DNA of 62,503 nucleotides, the filler included. It is 6 parts of 6 records of this genome, joined end to end, with 100 filler letters (N's around TTAATTAATTAA, not from the genome) between each part and the next. Parts side by side here need not be neighbours in the genome. Positions count along the whole stretch, not along the records: positions 6,269 to 14,669 come from SRR31156797_9182; positions 14,770 to 33,281 come from SRR31156797_9198; 4 more parts are not named here. The stretch is one strand, 5' to 3'. The notes below the pieces were generated by a model that saw only the letters and a list, made by a program, of their open reading frames with translations, did not search any database and was not told the origin of the DNA. A program made the position numbers and the translations under genes. Shown here piece after piece: positions 10,945-21,684 of the stretch (positions are counted from its first letter, which is position 1; every line of letters begins with the position of its first letter).

Positions 10945-11412
10945 GTGCAGGCATATGTGTCAGTGCAAGCGGAAGATTTTTCGGTTGCGGAAGAGTATCA
11001 ATTGTTAGCATCGGGTACAGAAGCCGGAGCGGTCGTTACCTTTATCGGTAAAGTTCGCGATATGAACTTAGGTGATCATGTGACCGGGCTTCATTTGGAA
11101 CATTATCCAGGGATGACGGAAAAATCTCTGAATGAAATTTGTGATGAAGCGAAAGCGCGTTGGCCATTGCAACAACTTCGATTAATTCATCGTATTGGTG
11201 ATTTAGACATCGGCGATCAGGTGGTGTTTGTAGGGGTGAGTAGCGCCCACCGTTCTGCTTCTTTTGAAGCGTGTGAGTTTGTTATGGACTATCTAAAAAC
11301 CAAAGCGCCATTTTGGAAGAAAGAGCGCACGGTTGATGGCCCGCGTTGGATTGATTCGAGAGAATCCGATCAAAAAGCAGCCCTGCGTTGGCAGGACACC
11401 AAGGACAGATAA
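10945..11412 (+). CDS. moaE: Molybdopterin synthase catalytic subunit MoaE
   Basis: GAVVTFIGKVR, EHYPGM, HR and LKTKAPFWKKE. Confidence 0.96.
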   Translation: MQAYVSVQAEDFSVAEEYQLLASGTEAGAVVTFIGKVRDMNLGDHVTGLHLEHYPGMTEKSLNEICDEAKARWPLQQLRLIHRIGDLDIGDQVVFVGVSSAHRSASFEACEFVMDYLKTKAPFWKKERTVDGPRWIDSRESDQKAALRWQDTKDR

Positions 11413-11433
11413 GCGATATTCTCGGCACAGCAA

Positions 11434-12393
11434 TCAGCCGAGCAAATGTACCGTACCCCGTTGATGGAATTTTCCGTACATCAGGGCTTTGTCGGCGATA
11501 TTGACGAACTGATTGATCGTCATCTCTGGCGGAATCACGGGGTAATGTTTAAGCCCGACGGTAATCGTCACGTAATCTGAATTCGACGAGGTTGGGTTAC
11601 GTATCCTAAGCCCAGCGACACTGTCAGCCAGATGCTGAGCTTTAGACATACAGTTTTCGTAGTCGATATCAGTAATAAAGATTAAAAACTCATCCCCTCC
11701 ATAGCGAAAGCAAAGATCGGATTTTCTCTTCCAATCATCCAATGCCTGACTGACTTTGCGTAGTACAATATCACCACTTTGATGGCCAAAATGGTCGTTA
11801 TAACCTTTAAAATGATCGATATCTATCATGAAAATAGCGGCACTGGCCTGATGAAGTTTGGCTTGTTCCAGAGCTCTGGGTAGCAGGGTATCCATGGCAT
11901 ATCGGTTATACATTTGGGTGAGATGATCTAGGTGTGTTAAGTGTTCAAGCTTGTTCTTATGTGAGGCGAGTCTTGCCACTGTTCGCTTATACTCAGTGAT
12001 ATTACGCACTAACCAAAGCACAAGCTCCGCGCCTTTAATCGGTATCACAAGGCCACTAAAATATTGTCTTTCAATTGGCCCTGCGTCAGCATCTTTAAAT
12101 ACTGGCATTTCTTTGGGATCTAAACTGTATTCAACTTCTTTGGGAATCCCACTGTCTAGGACTTCGGCAATAAGCTTTAAGTGTAACCTTGCCCTTTTTT
12201 CGGGTAATACTTGTTCTTGGCTCAATCCAATAATCTGTTTTGGATCATGATGACGCTTAGTATCGGTTCCTCCCCAAGCTTCAACGTAAACACCTTGTCG
12301 ATTAATCAAAAATGTCGGCTCAGGTAGTGCTTCAAAAATAATATCAATAAGTTCAGGATCAGCAGCAATAGCAGACGAGAACACTGATTTCAT
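11434..12393 (-). CDS. PAS-GGDEF diguanylate cyclase
   Basis: PAS-like N-terminus, then DHLTQMYNR, DIDHFK and RYGGDEF. Confidence 0.88.
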   Translation of the reverse strand: MKSVFSSAIAADPELIDIIFEALPEPTFLINRQGVYVEAWGGTDTKRHHDPKQIIGLSQEQVLPEKRARLHLKLIAEVLDSGIPKEVEYSLDPKEMPVFKDADAGPIERQYFSGLVIPIKGAELVLWLVRNITEYKRTVARLASHKNKLEHLTHLDHLTQMYNRYAMDTLLPRALEQAKLHQASAAIFMIDIDHFKGYNDHFGHQSGDIVLRKVSQALDDWKRKSDLCFRYGGDEFLIFITDIDYENCMSKAQHLADSVAGLRIRNPTSSNSDYVTITVGLKHYPVIPPEMTINQFVNIADKALMYGKFHQRGTVHLLG

Positions 12394-12639
12394 ACTGATA
12401 ATTCCTTATTGAATATAATGTTAATAAGTTAATTTATAGGTTATAGACGGAAAAATTGCTTGTTTATTATTTGCTAAAAAATTCATTCAAAAGTTTGCTC
12501 AGAGCTTGTGTTCATAAGCTTCTTTCCTATCAATAGGTTTTAACTATGATAAAAATTGTCATATTCCATTTAGTAAAAACAAGAAATTAGTCGACACTTA
12601 ATGTATTGACCCCTTCGATAGGAATTAAAGGAGATCTCC

Positions 12640-13056
12640 ATGGACTCACTCAAAGTAAAAGATTACATGACCATAAAAGCGGTAACCTTTACTCCGGAGA
12701 TGCCACTGAGTGCCGCACTGAACAAGGTTATTCGCTCTGAACATCTTGGTGGACCCGTTATTGACGACAAAGAACGAGTAATCGGATTTCTTTCTGAGCA
12801 GGATTTACTCGATAAGCTAGTTAAAGCAAGTTACTTCTGTCAGGACACCCATATCGTCAGTGACTGTATGTATAAAGAAGTGCTTTCTGTTTCACCTGAA
12901 ATGTCGATTATAGAGTTAGCAGACATGATGAAAGTGGGTAAACCCAAGGTTTATCCAGTGGTTGATAGTGGAAAGTTGGTGGGCATCATCACTCGAAGAG
13001 ACGTGCTAAGGGCCATTGGTAAAAATTTAGATAATTGCTTTAAGCATCCAGTGTAA
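12640..13056 (+). CDS. CBS domain-pair protein
   Basis: Two CBS repeats (PVID...IGFLSEQD and YPVVD...VGIITRRD), preceded by RBS AAGGAG. Confidence 0.9.
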   Translation: MDSLKVKDYMTIKAVTFTPEMPLSAALNKVIRSEHLGGPVIDDKERVIGFLSEQDLLDKLVKASYFCQDTHIVSDCMYKEVLSVSPEMSIIELADMMKVGKPKVYPVVDSGKLVGIITRRDVLRAIGKNLDNCFKHPV

Positions 13057-13134
13057 ATAGAAGATACGACGTGACAGTAATATTTTCGGCTTTTTTCTTG
13101 ATTCACTGATAAGCCGTCTATACTCATATCGTTT

Positions 13135-13163
13135 AAGGCACAGCAAAGCACTGTGCCTTTTTT
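13135..13163 (+). terminator. Rho-independent terminator after the CBS gene
   Basis: AAGGCACAG-loop-CTGTGCCTT hairpin followed by a T-tract. Confidence 0.7.
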
Positions 13164-13207
13164 CATTAATGGCCAAAAGCACTCTTTTCTAATAAAGCAG
13201 GGTTTTA

Positions 13208-13275
13208 TGTGATTTATGTCACTAATAATTGAAATCTAATGTATTGTTCATTTTCATGTTGTGATTGTAGTCACT
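13208..13275 (+). promoter_or_regulatory. Tandem CRP sites of the udp promoter (CytR-CRP architecture)
   Basis: TGTGA-N6-TCACT at 13208-13223 and 13260-13275, 52 bp apart, the spacing typical of CytR-regulated promoters. Confidence 0.8.
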
Positions 13276-13358
13276 CTATATCTCAATTCTCTGAGCTAAA
13301 GTAGTGCTGTACCCCAAAACTATTTATGAGCTGAATAAGCCGCATGAAGGAGCAATCT

Positions 13359-14117
13359 ATGTCTCAAGCAGTATTCCATCTTGGTGTTACCGAAGCTGAT
13401 CTCAATGGTGCAACATTAGCGATCATTCCAGGTGATCCAGCACGCGTACAAAAAATTGCTGAATTAATGGATAACCCAGTATTTCTAGCAAGCCATCGTG
13501 AATACACGCTTTATCGTGCGGAGCTTGATGGTAAGTCTGTTGTTGTTTGTTCAACGGGTATTGGCGGCCCTTCAACATCTATCGCGGTAGAAGAATTGGC
13601 GCAACTCGGTGTGCGTAGCTTTTTACGTGTAGGCACCACTGGTGCGATTCAGCCACACGTGAATGTTGGTGATATGATCGTTTCAACGGGTTCTGTACGT
13701 TTAGATGGAGCAAGTTTACACTTTGCGCCTATGGAGTTCCCTGCGGTTCCTGATTTTGATGTCGCTATTGCAATGAAACAAGCGGCTGAAGAAAGTGGTG
13801 CTGCTGTACACATGGGTATTACGGCTTCTAGCGATACCTTCTACCCAGGTCAAGAGCGCTACGACACCTTCACCGGCCGCGTTGTTAAGCGTTTCCAAGG
13901 CTCAATGAAAGAGTGGCAAGATATGGGTGTTCTGAACTTTGAGATGGAATCAGCGACATTGCTAACCATGTGTGCAAGCTCAGGTTTAAAAGCAGGTTGT
14001 GTAGCGGGTGTTATTATCAACCGTACTCAAAAAGAAATTCCGGATCACGCGACATTAAAAGAAACAGAAGCTCGTTCTATTAAAGTTGTGGTTGAAGCCG
14101 CTCGTAAGATGCTTTAA
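13359..14117 (+). CDS. udp: Uridine phosphorylase
   Basis: [28 protein letters not shown] and NFEMESA. RBS AAGGAG precedes ATG 13359. Confidence 0.96.
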   Translation: MSQAVFHLGVTEADLNGATLAIIPGDPARVQKIAELMDNPVFLASHREYTLYRAELDGKSVVVCSTGIGGPSTSIAVEELAQLGVRSFLRVGTTGAIQPHVNVGDMIVSTGSVRLDGASLHFAPMEFPAVPDFDVAIAMKQAAEESGAAVHMGITASSDTFYPGQERYDTFTGRVVKRFQGSMKEWQDMGVLNFEMESATLLTMCASSGLKAGCVAGVIINRTQKEIPDHATLKETEARSIKVVVEAARKML

Positions 14118-14184
14118 TTCTGTCATTACTTGGTGACGTCGCTTTGATGATAAAGTTCGCTAAGTGAGATCAAAGATGAATTTA

Positions 14185-14215
14185 AAAAATGGCACCGAAT
14201 AAAGGTGCCATTTTT
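14185..14215. terminator. Bidirectional Rho-independent terminator
   Basis: AAAAATGGCACC-loop-GGTGCCATTTTT between convergent genes. Confidence 0.8.
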
Positions 14216-14245
14216 GATTTCTAATCTCTAGCTAGGTATGCGAAC

Positions 14246-14669
14246 CTAAGCCACCACCAGCTTTGGCAGGGGGATGTATAGGCTCTCGCTGACATCCGCC
14301 AACATCTGGTCATAGACATGCGCAATGCTTAAAGATACATCTGAAGTCAGTTGATAAAGCTCTTGCTGAGTGATTTCAAATGAAGGATTGTCATGCAACT
14401 CCGTTAATATATGCATAGCCTTTGAACAGGCTGGAGAAGCGATCGACAGTGGGCTAATGAGGGCCAACTGATTGAGCTTACGACGGGTTAAATCGCAATA
14501 GTGGCGTAAACGTGAAGCACCATCCAGAGTGTGCATGTCCTCAATAGAGATACGCAGTTGTGTCAGTGTATCCATAGAATCTATGACTTGCTGCCAGTTA
14601 ATATGGTACTCATTACTTAAATCTTCTCGGCTTGATTCAACCAGCCAAGCTAACATCACTTCATCCATT
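14246..14669 (-). CDS. Hypothetical helical protein, C-terminal fragment
   Basis: Frame is open to the contig edge and converges on udp. No motif recognised. Confidence 0.6.
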
Positions 14670-14769
14670 NNNNNNNNNNNNNNNNNNNNNNNNNNNNNNN
14701 NNNNNNNNNNNNNTTAATTAATTAANNNNNNNNNNNNNNNNNNNNNNNNNNNNNNNNNNNNNNNNNNNN
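14670..14769. other. Artificial contig spacer
   Basis: N-run with TTAATTAATTAA linker. Confidence 0.99.
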
Positions 14770-15622
14770 GGGCATCATATATCACATCCTTCACAGCTTC
14801 AAGGTTTACTTCCTTGTCAGCCGAGATATATGTTGCATCAGGATATTCTGATTTGCATTTCTCCAGAACGTACTCGTCTGCCATATCTACCTTGTTAACG
14901 ACTATAACTGCAGGAATATATACCCTGTTGCCCATAATGGCATCAATTAGCTGGTCGACGGTGATCTTGTCCCTGATAAGCACATGGGCATTGTGTATCT
15001 TGTAATCATTAAGCACCGCTTTGATAAGGTCCTCTGAAATATCAAGATCCTTAGTGCTGCTAACTGTGACGCCACCACGGTCATTTCTTTTGATAACGAC
15101 ATCAGGTTTCTTTTGGTTAAGGCGTATACCTGCATCATACAGTTCCTGAGTAAGAACATCATGGTGGTAGTTCTGGAACACATCCAGTATAAATACTACA
15201 AGTTCACAGTTCCTTACAACAGCTATTACCTCTCTTCCACGGCCTCTTCCGCTGGCTGCTCCTTTGACAAGTCCCGGAACATCAAGTATCTGGATAGTTG
15301 CATTATTATGTTCGAGAACACCGGGGATAACGTCAAGGGTTGTAAACTCATAGGCGCCAACTTCAGACTCGGCACCTGTGAGCTTATTGAGAAGGGTGGA
15401 TTTACCAACGGAAGGAAAACCTACAAGTGTTACAGTGGCGTCTCCTGACTTTCTCACGGAGTATCCTTCACCACCGCCTTTACTCGCGGCCTTCTTGACT
15501 ACCTCATCACGCAGGCGGGCAAGTTTCGCCTTAAGTTTACCTATGTGATGTGATGTCGCCTTGTTGTAAGGAGTCTTTTTTATCTCCTCTTCAACTTCCT
15601 GTATATCCTCATGTAATCCCAT
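14770..15622 (-). CDS. DRG/OBG family GTPase (3' truncated)
   Basis: NKATSHHIG, GFPSVGKS, YEFTTL, DVPG and NKVD. Confidence 0.93.
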
Positions 15623-15685
15623 TTGTAACCTACCATAGCGTCAAAATAAAAAAGATTTTCCCGAATTTTAAGTGATGTCTTAACG

Positions 15686-17596
15686 TCAGAAGGGGGATAT
15701 TAGACTACCGGTCATTTCATACGTATATATTCCATATGGAAGTCTTTTGGAGAATTCCCCGGATCTTAGTACTTCAAGGAACTTCTTCACTTCGTCAATC
15801 TCCAGAAGACTCTTGCGGATTACAAAATCAAAATCATCTTCTGCAACGGGCATGAATTCAAGCCCTGCTTCCTCTGAAGCAGCACGCAATCCAAATCCGA
15901 CTTCTGCTTTTCCGCTTTTGACAACATCACATACAGAACGATGTGTCTTTGATCCGGAACCGTATCCTTTCAGACTCTTAATGAACTCACTTTTTGTAAC
16001 TCCTTGTGCTTCAGCCTTCAGCCCGATTTCCCTGTCCAGAAGTGCCCTGGTTCCAGATCCCCTATTCCTGTTTATGATTTGCAGAGTGGTTATGTCCTCA
16101 AAACCATATATGTGGGTCTCAGGGGCAAATATCAGTCCCTGCTCGCGTCTGTAACCTTTAACAAGTACTACATCCTCAAGGCCCATTTTCTCCAGTATCG
16201 ATAAATTGTACTCTCCGTTTGAATCTACCATATTCACACAGGCAATATCAGCAGTACCGCCGGATATGGCTGTAAAACCTGCACTTGATCCCATGTTTAG
16301 TGTTCTGAACATAAGTCCTGTCATCTCTTCAAGCAAGTCCACACCCGGACATTGCCCGCCAACAAGCATGATATCAGGACTTTTGACATTGCCAAACATT
16401 GTCACTTCGACCTCCGAGCCGGCTTCTATATATTCTGTGTGTGCTCGGATCTCAATGATTCCGTCTGCATCAGATAATGTGGTTATGGCTCCGGATGTCT
16501 TGTCTGCAGGGTATACTTTTCCCCTTACAACGCCCACCGGAAACAGTTCCTCCCTGCCACCGGAGCGTATTCCTGTTCCCATAACTGCACTGACTTTTGT
16601 TTTAAAGGATGGCTTTAATCCCAATGAGTTATAAATTACAGGTGCCACGAACTCGTTGAATATGCTGAGTGCAGAGGTTGGATTTCCCGGAAGACCGATA
16701 GTCGGTACTTTTCCTATCATCCCTATCACGACAGGTTTTCCGGGTTTTATGGAGATACCATGGGTAAGAGTTTCTCCCTTTTCCTCAATAATCATATACA
16801 TTATATCTCCGGCACCAGCAGATGTGCTTCCCGATGTAAGGACTATATCACATTCCTCTATGGCCCTGTCAAGAGTTTCTTCCATCAATACCTCGTCATC
16901 AGGGACGATGCCATAAATGTGCGGGCTTGCTCCGCATTCTTCAATTGCTGCTGCAATGGCATAGGAATTAGCATCATATATTTTGCTGGCTTCCAGCTGT
17001 TCTCCCGGCCTGATTAGTTCGCTCCCGGTTGAAATAATTCCAACTATCAGGTTTTTGACAGGAACCTTACTTTTCCCCATAGATGCAAGTACACCTATTT
17101 CGCGGGATCCAATACGTATATTTTTTCTCAGTATCCTTTCACCTTTCATGATGTCGGACCCTGCACGCATAATGTTCTCGCCGATATGTATGGGCTGGTA
17201 AATGAGCACAGAATCATCTGTATGCTTTGTACTTTCAACCATTATGACCGCATCAGCACCATCAGGAATAGGTGCACCTGTTGATATCTCTATAGCCTCT
17301 TCTTCGTCAACAAAAAAACTGTCCTTGCATCCTGCAGGTATGGCCCCGATGACCTTGAGTTTCTGTGGCTGTGGTTCACTTGCCTGATACGAATCTTTAG
17401 CCCTGATGGCATATCCGTCTTTAGTAGAGCGGTTAAATGCAGGCACATCGACCCCTGAAAGTATGTTCTCTGCTATAATACAGCCTGCTGCCCGTTCAAT
17501 GGGTATAATAATAGTTTTAGGATCTACTCTGATCTCGTTGACCAGTGTCCTAGCATCCTCTACTGATGTCAGTTCTCTGAATTCTTTTCTTTCCAT
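15686..17596 (-). CDS. moeA: MoeA fused to a PBP (substrate-binding-like) domain
   Basis: DVPAFNRSTKDGYA, STGSEL, IKPGKP and LPGNP, with C-terminal INRNRGSGTR. Likely start is MERKEF. Confidence 0.9.
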   Translation of the reverse strand: MERKEFRELTSVEDARTLVNEIRVDPKTIIIPIERAAGCIIAENILSGVDVPAFNRSTKDGYAIRAKDSYQASEPQPQKLKVIGAIPAGCKDSFFVDEEEAIEISTGAPIPDGADAVIMVESTKHTDDSVLIYQPIHIGENIMRAGSDIMKGERILRKNIRIGSREIGVLASMGKSKVPVKNLIVGIISTGSELIRPGEQLEASKIYDANSYAIAAAIEECGASPHIYGIVPDDEVLMEETLDRAIEECDIVLTSGSTSAGAGDIMYMIIEEKGETLTHGISIKPGKPVVIGMIGKVPTIGLPGNPTSALSIFNEFVAPVIYNSLGLKPSFKTKVSAVMGTGIRSGGREELFPVGVVRGKVYPADKTSGAITTLSDADGIIEIRAHTEYIEAGSEVEVTMFGNVKSPDIMLVGGQCPGVDLLEEMTGLMFRTLNMGSSAGFTAISGGTADIACVNMVDSNGEYNLSILEKMGLEDVVLVKGYRREQGLIFAPETHIYGFEDITTLQIINRNRGSGTRALLDREIGLKAEAQGVTKSEFIKSLKGYGSGSKTHRSVCDVVKSGKAEVGFGLRAASEEAGLEFMPVAEDDFDFVIRKSLLEIDEVKKFLEVLRSGEFSKRLPYGIYTYEMTGSLISPF

Positions 17597-17606
17597 TCCG
17601 TTCGGC

Positions 17607-17855
17607 CTATTCTTTGTCAATATACCCTATAAGCGTTTTGTTAAGTTTAAAAACTCTTGAAGCAACATACCATAATCCCATAAGGTATACAAGCCATGTT
17701 GCAATCGAGATCCACTGGAGACTTCCTGTATCGTCAAGTGCCTCAAAAGTGATGACAAGGGTTACAGGCATGAGAAGTAATATTGCCAGTACTGAGTCGT
17801 TAAGGTACTTAAGGTTCTCAAATATTATTTTGTCTTTTTCTCCTTCAGTTTCCAT
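17607..17855 (-). CDS. Small two-TM membrane protein
   Basis: 82 aa with two hydrophobic segments and an upstream GAGG. Co-oriented with moeA. Confidence 0.65.
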   Translation of the reverse strand: METEGEKDKIIFENLKYLNDSVLAILLLMPVTLVITFEALDDTGSLQWISIATWLVYLMGLWYVASRVFKLNKTLIGYIDKE

Positions 17856-17995
17856 TCTATTTCCTCAATATTTTATTTATCAGGCATCCCTATGTAATAT
17901 TATTTATATGAATATATAAATGGAGTAATCACTAATTAATGTTTTGAGGAAATAAAAAAGGAAAAAAGTATGAAGAGATATCTCTTCACTTTATT

Positions 17996-18874
17996 TCAGG
18001 GATTGATCGGGGTGCCTGTTGTCGTTGTAATCTTTTCAAAAGCAGTAACCATCTTTTTGGTGATAGGACCTGGTTTTCCATCCCCTATCGGACGACCATC
18101 TACTTTAACAAGAGGTGCAGCTTCTGCTGCAGTTCCTGTGACAAATATCTCGTCAGCTGTGTAGAGGTCAAACATTCCAAGGTTCTCTACCTGGGTCTCG
18201 ATTCCCATTTCAGCAAGCAGTTCAATTGCTGTTGCCCTGGTTATTCCCTTCAGGTTATTTATTGTCGGAGGGGTTGAAACCCTGCCGTTCTTGATAATAA
18301 ATATATTGTCTCCTGAACCTTCTGAGAGATATCCATTCTGGTCGAAGAAGATAGCTTCATCTCCACCCTTCTCATTTGCCTCAATTTTTGCGAGGATGTT
18401 GTTCAGGTAGTTTAGGGATTTGATGTTCGGGGAAAGTGCATCGCAGGAGTTTCTCCTTACTGAGACTGTGACACCCGTCAGGCCAACTTCATAGAGGTCA
18501 CCATACATTGCTCCCCATTCCTGTGAGATGATGTAGATATTGGGTTTCGGACACTTCCTGGGATCCAGGCCAAGGTCACCAACGCCTCTTGAGACAATAG
18601 GTCTGATGTAGGCATCTGTAAGTTTGTTCTTCCTGAGTGTTTCCAGAATTGCTTCTTCCATTTCCTCTCTGCTCAGTGGTATCTCAAGAGCGATAGCCTT
18701 TGCAGAGTCATAGAGCCTGTCAACGTGCTCACGTAACTTGAAGACACGTCCGTTGTAAGCCCTTATTCCCTCAAAGACACCATCGCCATACAGGAATCCG
18801 TGGTCATAAACGGATGTTGTGGCCTGTGATTTAGGGACAAAATCACCGTTATAATATATCAGAAGTTCACTCAT
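17996..18874 (-). CDS. ilvE: Branched-chain amino acid aminotransferase
   Basis: [28 protein letters not shown] and GTAAE. Confidence 0.95.
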   Translation of the reverse strand: MSELLIYYNGDFVPKSQATTSVYDHGFLYGDGVFEGIRAYNGRVFKLREHVDRLYDSAKAIALEIPLSREEMEEAILETLRKNKLTDAYIRPIVSRGVGDLGLDPRKCPKPNIYIISQEWGAMYGDLYEVGLTGVTVSVRRNSCDALSPNIKSLNYLNNILAKIEANEKGGDEAIFFDQNGYLSEGSGDNIFIIKNGRVSTPPTINNLKGITRATAIELLAEMGIETQVENLGMFDLYTADEIFVTGTAAEAAPLVKVDGRPIGDGKPGPITKKMVTAFEKITTTTGTPINP

Positions 18875-19046
18875 AATAAAGCCTCAGCATTATAGTTATT
18901 CATTGTAATAGATTGTTAGTGTTCATGTCAAACTATTATATATTTGTATTCACAACATCATTTGATGTAAATAGTGGAAGTGACCTCTCCCTTACAAAAG
19001 GCTTTTATGTTAGAAAACCTATTTCCCATCCCAGTCAATGCTTAGC

Positions 19047-19121
19047 GGTCCCGTGGCTTAGCCAGGATATAGCATCGGGCTTCTAACCCGAGGGTCAGGG
19101 GTTCAAATCCCTTCGGGATCG
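19047..19121 (+). tRNA. tRNA-Arg (anticodon TCT)
   Basis: Acceptor stem GGTCCCG/CGGGATC, anticodon arm TCGGG-CTTCTAA-CCCGA and T-loop GTTCAAATC. No encoded CCA. A TATA-like TTTTAT lies upstream. Confidence 0.95.
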
Positions 19122-19580
19122 CTTTACTTCTTTTTAAATATTCTCTTTGATTTTTTTCTGCCGTTTAAACAATTTTCTAGTCTGTTTGCTAGTAGTTAGT
19201 TGAAAATGAGAAATAGAGTTCCTATCCTTCCTGAAAGAAGGCAAGGAGATAAACTCAGGGAGGTTTGATGAATTAAATACTAAGCAATGCTTACAGCGTG
19301 GAACAAAGATGGAGGGGGAGGATGACAGCTTTGGAGGCATGTGTAATACACACAGTATAACCTATTTTCAGATGCTAATCAGATCAATTTTATTTTAGTA
19401 GGTCCTCCTCGCAATATACTTTATCAAAATAGGATACATATTCTATCATTTTAACTCATGTATGCACGTAATGTTGATTTGTTAAAAATATCTACTCTCT
19501 TGTATTAAAACATCTAAATTAAATCATATGTGAATAAAATATATATAGTATGTAGGGTTTATATCCAATTAGTGGTACAT

Positions 19581-19688
19581 ATGAATGAAAACGGTATCTC
19601 GAATACTGTTAAAATAATTCTAATGGTAGGTCTTTATCTGAGCATGCTCCTTTTTTTGGTTGTTGCTGCAGCCATAGTTGGAGTTTAG
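19581..19688 (+). CDS. 35-aa hydrophobic peptide with pilin-like N-terminus
   Basis: Manual translation MNENGISNTVKIILMVGLYLSMLLFLVVAAAIVGV. AT-rich TATA-like sequence upstream. Confidence 0.4.
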   Translation: MNENGISNTVKIILMVGLYLSMLLFLVVAAAIVGV

Positions 19689-19800
19689 TGGCCCAGAAAC
19701 CCCTATAAAGTAGTAAACACTCTTGGCAATTAAGTCATTGTTGCGTAGATCGTACAAGTAAGAATTCCAACTGAGTCGTATCGCTCACTATTTTTTAACT

Positions 19801-19920
19801 TCAGATTTGCTTTTTTGGGCTTGCAGGGATTGTAAATGTAAAAATACTACCTTCGCCTGCCTTGCTTTCAGCCCACATCTGTCCATTTGCAAGAATGTGC
19901 TTTAGCAAAAGATACTTACG
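19801..19920 (-). pseudogene. Remnant of a histidine kinase HATPase C-terminus
   Basis: Minus frame reads LLKHILANGQMWAESKAGEGSIFTFTIP, like the HxGxIWVESxxGxGSTFTFTIP end of HATPase_c. The rest of the gene is absent. Confidence 0.6.
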
Positions 19921-20165
19921 TTTTTCATTGAGTGCTGTGCTCCTCAGTTAATTGAGGCTTCCACTGCTCCACAAAAAAGACTTGCTTATAATAGCCCGGG
20001 CTAGAGAGACTTATTAATCCGTTCATATGGATTTATGGATGTTTTGACAATATCTCTAAGGTGCCCTTAAATGCATGCAGGTATAAGCGTTTTTATTTCG
20101 AATGATTATATAAAAAAGCAATATTTAATTGATGGTTTTTATAGGAGCGGTAACTTACCTAAGGC

Positions 20166-20291
20166 TCAGTCATTAAGGCCCAGGATGTTGCTCTTATCCT
20201 TATTTTTCTCGTCCTTCTTTCGCTTCCTGCTGGTCTTTACAAACTCATCAACTTCCTTGAGTCTGTGGATGCTTGTTTCATCTTGCCTCAT
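20166..20291 (-). CDS. Small basic hypothetical protein (41 aa)
   Basis: MRQDETSIHRLKEVDEFVKTSRKRKKDEKNKDKSNILGLND, with GAGG upstream, just downstream of the 434-aa ORF. Confidence 0.4.
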   Translation of the reverse strand: MRQDETSIHRLKEVDEFVKTSRKRKKDEKNKDKSNILGLND

Positions 20292-20313
20292 TTTTCCTCG
20301 AGAGATATTATCT

Positions 20314-21618
20314 CTAATACTCTATCTTGCTTTCTTCACCAAAAACATGCTTTACATTTGAAAGAAGAGTAGACCTTGCAATTTCCAGTTCATCTTTAAG
20401 ACCGTACAGGAGCTTGCTCTCAGAATCTATATCGCTGTTAACGGAACTCACGGATTTTTGATGCCTCTTAATTTCTGCTTCAAGATCCTCTTTTTCCTTA
20501 TAGATGCTAAGGCCGTTGAGCTCTTCTCTCAGCTCCTCTTTATCAGTAATGTAGTTCATCCTCTGTTCAACAAGGGATGAGATTGTATTTCTGTCACTGA
20601 GTGCTTGTATCTGTCTGAGTGCCTTATCTGACATCTGCTCCTTCAACCCGAGCTCTCCGCTCTCAATCCTGTTTGTAAGTTCCGACAGGAAAGGTCCAAG
20701 ATCCTGCTTGATAGCTGTCGCAGGGTCCTCTTTGATCAATCTGATTATCTCTCTGTTTTCAGGTGAAAGCACACATCTTTTATTCTCATCCTGTTTTTCC
20801 ACTCTGGAAATTGCCTTTGAGAGTGGTGTGAACAACCTTCTTGTCTCAGATACTGTGTCTGCTATCCTTGTATTGAGTGTCTGTATCTCAGTTTCCAGTT
20901 TCTTTGCCTTTTTTAATTCTTCACTGTTTTCAAGTTCTGCAAGTCTGGAATCATTCCTTGAAAGTTTCTCCTTTGCAGACTCATATATGGAGTCCATCTC
21001 CTGTATCTTCTTCGTTCTCTTCTCCATTTCCTCTTCTATCTTTCTGATATTGTCGATATCATCTGATATTTTCTGCAGGTCACTGATCATTTTAGTTCCC
21101 TGCATTATCGAGGAATAGAGTTCGTCAAGAGCATCTTCCAGTTCTGCAAGACCCTGGTTGATCTTCTGATGTTCCTGAGGATAGAGTGCTTTGATATACA
21201 TCAGGCTCCTGTTAGTATTATCAAGCCCGATTTTAAGGATTGATTTTGCTTCACTGTAGAATTCTGAAGCCGTCAAAGGTGATGTATTTCCGGGAACTTT
21301 AAGTTTGCCCTGAATGAGCTTCAGGTTATTTACGACATTGTCCCTGTTGGAGTCCCCAAGTTTCTCTCCTCTCTTGCTAACGTTTTCGATGGGCTGTGCA
21401 GCAAGTAATTCCTTCTTTAAGGTATCAAGTTTTTTCAAGGATTGCCCGATCATCTCATACTCATCTTTTACAACAGGTCTAAGACTATTCTCCTGTTCTT
21501 CTGATTTCTCTTTGACAAGTCTGGCAAGTTCCCTAAACTGAAAAATAGTTGAATGAGGCTCTTGCTTTTCCTGCTTTTTTCCAAAAAGCCTTTCAATGAA
21601 CTTCATCTTTTCAAACAC
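20314..21618 (-). CDS. Coiled-coil hypothetical protein
   Basis: Long E/K/L-rich ORF with no catalytic motif seen. Confidence 0.75.
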   Translation of the reverse strand: MFEKMKFIERLFGKKQEKQEPHSTIFQFRELARLVKEKSEEQENSLRPVVKDEYEMIGQSLKKLDTLKKELLAAQPIENVSKRGEKLGDSNRDNVVNNLKLIQGKLKVPGNTSPLTASEFYSEAKSILKIGLDNTNRSLMYIKALYPQEHQKINQGLAELEDALDELYSSIMQGTKMISDLQKISDDIDNIRKIEEEMEKRTKKIQEMDSIYESAKEKLSRNDSRLAELENSEELKKAKKLETEIQTLNTRIADTVSETRRLFTPLSKAISRVEKQDENKRCVLSPENREIIRLIKEDPATAIKQDLGPFLSELTNRIESGELGLKEQMSDKALRQIQALSDRNTISSLVEQRMNYITDKEELREELNGLSIYKEKEDLEAEIKRHQKSVSSVNSDIDSESKLLYGLKDELEIARSTLLSNVKHVFGEESKIEY

Positions 21619-21684
21619 AGAACGTAATGCATCTTTAAGAGTTTATTGGACAGATGCCTGCCCCTTAAGCAATTGTCATTTCTT

